A stretch of DNA of 64,000 nt from NCBI GenBank assembly GCA_964035545.1, contig OZ037766.1:18439081-18503080 (forward strand). The letters are read 5' to 3'. This DNA comes from Bugula neritina. Taxonomy: Eukaryota; Animalia; Bryozoa. Below are positions 55,400-64,000 of this stretch, piece after piece. A program made the translations under genes and the position numbers. How positions within the stretch are numbered: position 1 is the stretch's first letter; each line of letters starts with the position of its first letter. The notes beneath the pieces are model-generated. The model did not search any database. It was not told the origin of the DNA and saw only the letters and a program-made list of their open reading frames with translations.

Positions 55400-58300
55400 A
55401 TTTTAGTATGTTACGGTGTATTTCAGTACGTTGCGGTATATTTCAGTATGATACAATAAGTTTCAGTGTGTTACAGTACATTTCTGCAAATTACACTATA
55501 CTTCAGTGAGTTGTAGTATATTTCAGTATCTTGCAGTATATCTCAGTATGTTACAGTTGATTTCAGTATGTTCCAGTATATTTCAGCGTGTTTCAGTATA
55601 TTTCAGTATGCCACAGTGCATTTTCAGATTTTTCACTAAACTTCAGTGAGTTTTAGTGTCTTTCAGTATGTTGCAGTATATTTCGGTATCTTGCAACTTA
55701 TTTCAATGTGTTGCAATGTAATTCCATATGTTACAGTGTATTTCAGTATGTTGCAGTATGTTGCAGTGTATTTCAGTATGTTACAGTGTATTTCAGTAGG
55801 TTTCAGTATCTTGCAGTATATTTCAGTATGTTGCGGTATATTTCAGTGGGTTACAGTATATTCCAGTATGTTCCAGTATGTTGCAGTATATTTCAGGATG
55901 TTGCAGTGTATTTCATTATGTTACAGTGTATTTCAGTGGTTTGCAACATATTTCAGTAGGTTACCATATATTTCGGTATGTTGCAGCATATTTCAATGCG
56001 TTGCAGTGTATTTCAATATGTTACAGTGTATTTCAGTATGTTGCAGTATGTTGCAGTGTATTTCTGTATGTTACGGTGTAGTTCAGTATGTTGCAGTATA
56101 TTTCAGTATGTTACAGTATGTTTCAGTATGTTGCAGCATATTTCGGTATCTTGCAACTTTTTTCAATGTGTTGCAATGTAATTCAATATGTTACAGTGTA
56201 TTTCAATATGTTGCAGTACATTTCAGTATGTTACAGTATATTTCAGTATGTTGCAGTATATTTCAGTGGGTTATAGCATATTTCAGTATGATACAGCGTA
56301 TTTCAGTATGTTACAGTGTACTTAAGTATGTTGCAGTATTTTGCAATATATTTCAGTATGTTACAGTGTATTTCAGTATGTTGCAGTATATTTCAGTATG
56401 TTACAATAAATTTCAGTATGTTACAGTACATTTCCGTAAGTTACACTATACTTCAGGTAGTTGTAGTATATTTCAGTATCTTGCAGTATATCTCAGTATG
56501 TTACAGCATATTTCATTGTGTTGCAGTGTATTTCAATATGTTACAGTGTATTTCAGTATGTTGCAGTATGTTGCAGTATGCTGCAGTATGTTGCAGTGTA
56601 TTTCTGTATTTTACAGTGTATTTCAGTATGTTGCAGTATATTTCAGCATGTTACAGTATATTTCAGTATGTTGCAGTATATTTCAGTGGGTTATAGTATA
56701 TTTCAGTATGATACAGCGTATTTCGTTATGTTACAGTGTATGTCAGTATGTTGCAGTATTTTCCAATGTATTTCAGTATGTTACAGTGTATTTCAGTATG
56801 TTGCAGTATAATTCAGTATGTTACAATAAATTTCAGTATGTTACAGTACATTTCCGTAAATCACACTATACTTCAGTGAGTTGTAGTATATTTCAGTATC
56901 TTGCAGTATATCTCAGTATGTTACAGTATATTTCAGTATGTTACAGTATGTTGCAATGTATTTCAGTATGTTACAGTGTAATTCAGTATCTTACAGTACA
57001 TTTCCGTAAATTACACTACACTTCAGTGAGTTGTAGTATATTTCAGTATCTTGCAGTATATCTCAGTATGTTACAGTATATTTCAGTATGTTACAGTATA
57101 TTTCAGTGTGTTACAGTAATTTTCAGTATGTTACAGTGCATTTGCAGATATTACACTATACTTCAGTGAGTTTTAGTGTCTTTCAGTATCTTGCAGTATA
57201 TTTCAGTATGTTGCAATATTTTGCAATATATTTTAGTATGTTATAGTGTATTTCAGTACGTTGCAGTATATTTCAGTATGATACAATAAATTTCAGTGTG
57301 TTACAGTACATTTCTGCAAATTACACTATACTTCAGTGAGTTGTAGTATATTTCAGTATCTTGCAGTATATCTCAGTATGTTACAGTTGATTTCAGTATG
57401 TTCCGGTATATTTCAGCGTGTTTCAGTATATTTCAGTATGCCACAGTGCATTTTCAGATTATTCACTATACTTCAGTGAGTTTTAGTGTCTTTCAGTATG
57501 TTGCAGTATATTTCGGTATCTTGCAACTTATTTCAATGTGTTGCAATGTAATTCAATATGTTACAGTGTATTTCAGTATGTTACAGTGTATTTCAGTATG
57601 TTGCAGTATTTTGCAATATATATCAGTATGTTACAGTGTATTTCAGTATGTTGCAGTATGTTTCAGTATGTTACAATAAATTTCAGTATGTTACAGTATA
57701 TTTCCGTAAATTACACTATACTTCAGTGAGTTGTAGTATATTTCAGTATCTTGCAGTATATCTCAGTATGTTACAGTATATTTCAGTATGTTACAGTATA
57801 TTTCAGTTTGTTACAGTAAATTTCAGTATGTTACAGTGCATTTGCAGATATTACACTATACTTCAGTGAGTTTTAGTGTCTTTCATTATGTTGCAGTATA
57901 TTTCAGTATGTTGCAGTAATTTGCAATACATTTTATTATGTTACAGTGTATTTCAGTATGTTGCAGTATATTTCAGTTTGATACAATAAATTTCAGTATG
58001 TTACAGTACATTTCCGTAAATTACACTATACTTCAGTGAGTTGTAGTATATTTCAGTATCTTCAGTATATCTCAGTATGTTACAGTATATTTCAGTATGT
58101 TGCAGTATATTTCAGCGTGTTTGAGTATATTTCAGTATGACACAGTGCATTTCCAGATATTACGCTATACTTCAGTGAGTTTTAGTGTCTTTCAGTATGT
58201 TGCAGTATATTTCGGTGTTTTGCAACATATTTCAATATGTTGCAATGTATTTCAATATGTTACAGTGTATTTCAGTATGTTGCAGTATGTTGCAATGTAT

Positions 58301-61300
58301 TTCAGTATGTTACAATGTATTTCAGTAGGTTTCAGTATCTTGCAGTATATTTCAGCGTGTTTCAGTATATTTCAGTATGCCACAGTGCATTTTCAGGTTA
58401 TTCACTATACTTCAGTGAGTTTTAGTGTCTTTCAGTATGTTGCAGTATATTTCGGTATCTTGCAACTTATTTCAATGTGTTGCAATGTAATTCAATATGT
58501 TACAGTGTATTTCAGTATGTTGCAGTACATTTCAGTATGTTACAGTATATTTCAGTATGTTGCAGTATATTTCAGTGGGTTATAGCATATTTCAGTATGA
58601 TACAGCGTATTTCAGTATGTTACAGTGTACTTCAGTATGTTGCAGTATTTTGCAATATATTTCAGTATGTTACGGTGTATTTCAGTATGTTGCAGTATAT
58701 TTCAGTATGTTACAATAAATTTCAGTATGTTACAGTACATTTCCGTAAGTTACACTATACTTCAGGTAGTTGTAGTATATTTCAGTATCTTGCAGTATAT
58801 CTCAGTATGTTACAGCATATCGCATTGTGTTGCAGTGTATTTCAATATGTTACAGTGTATTTCAGTATGTTGCAGTATGTTGCAGTATGCTGCAGTATGT
58901 TGCAGTGTATTTCTGTATTTTACAGTGTATTTCAGTATGTTGCAGTATATTTCAGCATGTTACAGTATATTTCAGTATGTTGCAGTATATTTCAGTGGGT
59001 TATAGTATATTTCAGTATGATACAGCGTATTTCGTTATGTTACAGTGTATGTCAGTATGTTGCAGTATTTTCCAATGTATTTCAGTATGTTACAGTGTAT
59101 TTCAGTATGTTGCAGTATAATTCAGTATGTTACAATAAATTTCAGTATGTTACAGTACATTTCCGTAAATTACACTATACTTCAGTGAGTTGTAGTATAT
59201 TTCAGTATCTTGCAGTATATCTCAGTATGTTACAGTATATTTCAGTATCTTACAGTACATTTCCGTAAATTACACTACACTTCAGTGAGTTGTAGTATAT
59301 TTCAGTATCTTGCAGTATATCTCAGTATGTTACAGTATATTTCAGTATGTTACAGTATATTTCAGTGTGTTACAGTAAATTTCAGTATGTTACAGTGCTT
59401 TTGCAGATATCACACTATACTTTAGTGAGTTTTAGTGCCTTTCAGTATGTTACAGTGTATTTCAGTATGTTGCAGTATTTTGCAATATATATCAGTATGT
59501 TACAGTGTATTTCAGTATGTTGCAGTATATTCCAGTATGTTCCAGTATGTTGCAGTATATTTCAGGATGTTGCAGTGTATTTCATTATGTTACAGTGTAT
59601 TTCAGTGGTTTGCAACATATTTCAGTAGGTTACCATATATTTCGGTATGTTGCAGCATATTTCAATGCGTTGCAGTGTATTTCAATATGTTACAGTGTAT
59701 TTCACTATGTTGCAGTATGTTGCAGTGTATTTCTGTATGTTACGGTGTATTTCAGTACGTTGCAGTATATTTCAGTATGATACAATAAGTTTCAGTGTGT
59801 TACAGTACATTTCTGCAAATTACACTATACTTCAGTGAGTTGTAGTATATTTCAGTATCTTGCAGTATATCTCAGTATGTTACAGTTGATTTCAGTATGT
59901 TCCAGTATATTTCAGCGTGTTTCAGTATATTTCAGTATGCCACAGTGCATTTTCAGATTTTTCACTAAACTTCAGTGAGTTTTAGTGTCTTTCAGTATGT
60001 TGCAGTATATTTCGGTATCTTGCAACTTATTTCAATGTGTTGCAATGTAATTCCATATGTTACAGTGTATTTCAGTATGTTGCAGTATGTTGCAGTGTAT
60101 TTCAGTATGTTACAGTGTATTTCAGTAGGTTTCAGTATCTTGCAGTATATTTCAGTATGTTGCAGTATATTTCAGTGGGTTACAGTATATTCCAGTATGT
60201 TCCAGTATGTTGCAGTATATTTCAGGATGTTGCGGTGTATTTCATTATGTTACAGTGTATTTCAGTGGTTTGCAACATATTTCAGTAGGTTACCATATAT
60301 TTCGGTATGTTGCAGCATATTTCATTGCGTTGCAGTGTATTTCAATATGTTACAGTGTATTTCAGTATGTTGCAGTATGTTGCAGTGTATTTCTGTATGT
60401 TACGGTGTAGTTCAGTATGTTGCAGTATATTTCAGTATGTTACAGTATGTTTCAGTATGTTGCAGTATATTTCGGTATCTTGCAACTTATTTCAATGTGT
60501 TGCAATGTAATTCAATATGTTACAGTGTATTTCAATATGTTGCAGCACATTTCAGTATGTTACAGTATATTTCAGTATGTTGCAGTATATTTCAGTGGGT
60601 TATAGCATATTTCAGTATGATACAGCGTATTTCAGTATGTTACAGTGTACTTAATTATGTTGCAGTATTTTGCAATATATTTCAGTATGTTACAGTGTAT
60701 TTCAGTATGTTGCAGTATATTTCAGTATGTTACAATAAATTTCAGTATGTTACAGTACATTTCCGTAAGTTACACTATACTTCAGGTAGTTGTAGTATAT
60801 TTCAGTATCTTGCAGTATATCTCAGTATGTTACAGCATATTTCATTGTGTTGCAGTGTATTTCAATATGTTACAGTGTATTTCAGTATGTTGCAGTATGT
60901 TGCAGTATGCTGCAGTATGTTGCAGTGTATTTCTGTATTTTACAGTGTATTTCAGTATGTTGCAGTATATTTCAGCATGTTACAGTATATTTCAGTATGT
61001 TGCAGTATATTTCAGTGGGTTATAGTATATTTCAGTATGATACAGCGTATTTCGTTATGTTACAGTGTATGTCAGTATGTTGCAGTATTTTCCAATGTAT
61101 TTCAGTATGTTACAGTGTATTTCAGTATGTTGCAGTATAATTCAGTATGTTACAATAAATTTCAGTATGTTACAGTACATTTCCGTAAATTACACTATAC
61201 TTCAGTGAGTTGTAGTATATTTCAGTATCTTGCAGTATATCTCAGTATGTTACAGTATATTTCAGTATGTTACAGTATGTTGCAATGTATTTCAGTATGT

Positions 61301-63550
61301 TACAGTGTAATTCAGTATCTTACAGTACATTTCCGTAAATTACACTACACTTCAGTGAGTTGTAGTATATTTCAGTATCTTGCAGTATATCTCAGTATGT
61401 TACAGTATATTTCAGTATGTTACAGTATATTTCAGTGTGTTACAGTAATTTTCAGTATGTTACAGTGCATTTGCAGATATTACACTATACTTCAGTGAGT
61501 TTTAGTGTCTTTCAGTATCTTGCAGTATATTTCAGTATGTTGCAATATTTTGCAATATATTTTAGTATGTTATAGTGTATTTCAGTACGTTGCAGTATAT
61601 TTCAGTATGATACAATAAATTTCAGTGTGTTACAGTACATTTCTGCAAATTACACTATACTTCAGTGAGTTGTAGTATATTTCAGTATCTTGCAGTATAT
61701 CTCAGTATGTTACAGTTGATTTCAGTATGTTCCGGTATATTTCAGCGTGTTTCAGTATATTTCAGTATGCCACAGTGCATTTTCAGATTATTCACTATAC
61801 TTCAGTCAGTTTTAGTGTCTTTCAGTATGTTGCAGTATATTTCGGTATCTTGCAACTTATTTCAATGTGTTGCAATGTAATTCAATATGTTACAGTGTAT
61901 TTCAGTATGTTACAGTGTATTTCAGTATGTTGCAGTATTTTGCAATATATATCAGTATGTTACAGTGTATTTCAGTATGTTGCAGTATGTTTCAGTATGT
62001 TTCAATAAATTTCAGTATGTTACAGTATATTTCCGTAAATTACACTATACTTCAGTGAGTTGTATATATTTCAGTATCTTGCAGTATATCTCAGTATGTT
62101 ACAGTATATTTCAGTATGTTACAGTATATTTCAGTTTGTTACAGTAAATTTCAGTATGTTACAGTGCATTTGCAGATATTACACTATACTTCAGTGAGTT
62201 TTAGTGTCTTTCATTATGTTGCAGTATATTTCAGTATGTTGCAGTAATTTGCAATACATTTTGTTATGTTACAGTGTATTTCAGTATGTTGCAGTATATT
62301 TCAGTTTGATACAATAAATTTCAGTATGTTACAGTACATTTCCGTAAATTACACTATACTTCAGTGAGTTGTAGTATATTTCAGTATCTTGCAGTATATC
62401 TCAGTATGTTACAGTATATTTCAGTATGTTGCAGTATATTTCAGCGTGTTTGAGTATATTTCAGTATGACACAGTGCATTTCCAGATATTACGCTATACT
62501 TCAGTGAGTTTTAGTGTCTTTCAGTATGTTGCAGTATATTTCGGTGTTTTGCAACATATTTCAATATGTTGCAATGTATTTCAATATGTTACAGTGTATT
62601 TCAGTATGTTGCAGTATGTTGCAATGTATTTCAGTATGTTACAATGTATTTCAGTAGGTTTCAGTATCTTGCAGTATATTTCAGCGTGTTTCAGTATATT
62701 TCAGTATGCCACAGTGCATTTTCAGGTTATTCACTATACTTCAGTGAGTTTTAGTGTCTTTCAGTATGTTGCAGTATATTTCGGTATCTTGCAACTTATT
62801 TCAATGTGTTGCAATGTAATTCAATATGTTACAGTGTATTTCAGTATGTTGCAGTACATTTCAGTATGTTACAGTATATTTCAGTATGTTGCAGTATATT
62901 TCAGTGGGTTATAGCATATTTCAGTATGATACAGCGTATTTCAGTATGTTACAGTGTACTTCAGTATGTTGCAGTATTTTGCAATATATTTCAGTATGTT
63001 ACAGTGTATTTCAGTATGTTGCAGTATATTTCAGTATGTTACAATAAATTTCAGTATGTTACAGTACATTTCCGTAAGTTACACTATACTTCAGGTAGTT
63101 GTAGTATATTTCAGTATCTTGCAGTATATCTCAGTATGTTACAGCATATTGCATTGTGTTGCAGTGTATTTCAATATGTTACAGTGTATTTCAGTATGTT
63201 GCAGTATGTTGCAGTATGCTGCAGTATGTTGCAGTGTATTTCAGTATTTTAGAGTGTATTTCAGTATGTTGCAGTATATTTCAGCATGTTACAGTATATT
63301 TCAGTATGTTGCAGTATATTTCAGTGGGTTATAGTATATTTCAGTATGATACAGCGTATTTCGTTATGTTACAGTGTATGTCAGTATGTTGCAGTATTTT
63401 CCAATGTATTTCAGTATGTTACAGTGTATTTCAGTATGTTGCAGTATAATTGAGTATGTTACAATAAATTTCAGTATGTTACAGTACATTTCCGTAAATT
63501 ACACTATACTTCAGTGAGTTGTAGTATATTTCAGTATCTTGCAGTATATC
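55400..63550 (+). repeat. Tandem duplication, about 2 x 4329 bp
   Basis: ORF pairs 55646/59975, 57398/61727 and 58097/62426. Boundaries are approximate. Confidence 0.8.
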
Positions 63551-64000
63551 TCAGTATGTTACAGTATATTTCAGTATGTTACAGTATGTTGCAATGTATT
63601 TCAGTATGTTACAGTGTAATTCAGTATCTTACAGTACATTTCCGTAAATTACACTACACTTCAGTGAGTTGTAGTATATTTCAGTATCTTGCAGTATATC
63701 TCAGTATGTTACAGTATATTTCAGTATGTTACAGTATATTTCAGTGTGTTACAGTAATTTTCAGTATGTTACAGTGCATTTGCAGATATTACACTATACT
63801 TCAGTGAGTTTTAGTGTCTTTCAGTATCTTGCAGTATATTTCAGTATGTTGCAATATTTTGCAATATATTTTAGTATGTTATAGTGTATTTCAGTACGTT
63901 GCAGTATATTTCAGTATGATACAATAAATTTCAGTGTGTTACAGTACATGTCTGCAAATTACACTATACTTCAGTGAGTTGTAGTATATTTCAGTATCTT

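Larger units (their letters stand above)
24487..64000 (+). repeat. 10-bp/20-bp satellite DNA array, right arm (same family)
   Basis: Same monomers and orientation as the left arm. It resumes right after the insertion with TATTTCAATATGTTGCAATG and runs off the right edge. Confidence 0.98.

Noticed and set aside
2-63807. Hundreds of + strand ORFs (60-507 aa) as protein-coding genes
   Set aside because: They overlap in all three frames with the same peptide, as expected for a 10-bp repeat with a 30-bp translation period. They have no domains and their ends are set by satellite point variants.
1-64000. CRISPR-like array (recurrent TTACACTATACTTCAGTGAG landmark with intervening sequence)
   Set aside because: The intervening DNA is the same satellite rather than unique spacers, spacing ranges from about 80 to 800 bp, and there are no cas genes or leader.

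Overview
This window is almost entirely one head-to-tail eukaryotic satellite array built on a 10-bp monomer (GTTGCAGTAT / GTTACAGTGT / ATTTCAGTAT, mostly arranged as a 20-bp dimer). It shows no inversion and contains no credible protein-coding gene; the + strand ORFs are artefacts of the repeat. The array is hierarchical: 10 bp, then 20 bp, then a recurrent 140+170 bp (310 bp) module, then kb-scale near-identical duplications (about 0.45 to 4.3 kb tandem, and about 10, 11 and 25 kb dispersed). The only non-satellite DNA is a 939-bp non-autonomous DNA transposon (23548-24486) with 32-bp imperfect terminal inverted repeats (TIRs), a target-site duplication (TSD; TA, or equally ATAT) and a promoter-like motif cluster. 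The same satellite site occurs in three states within the window: empty (about 12825 and 15115), occupied (23546-24488), and apparently excised with a 3-bp footprint (about 26265) in the adjacent tandem duplicate. The organism and chromosomal context (e.g. centromeric) cannot be determined from the sequence. Block offsets were read from the ORF track and spot-checked by eye, not aligned base by base.
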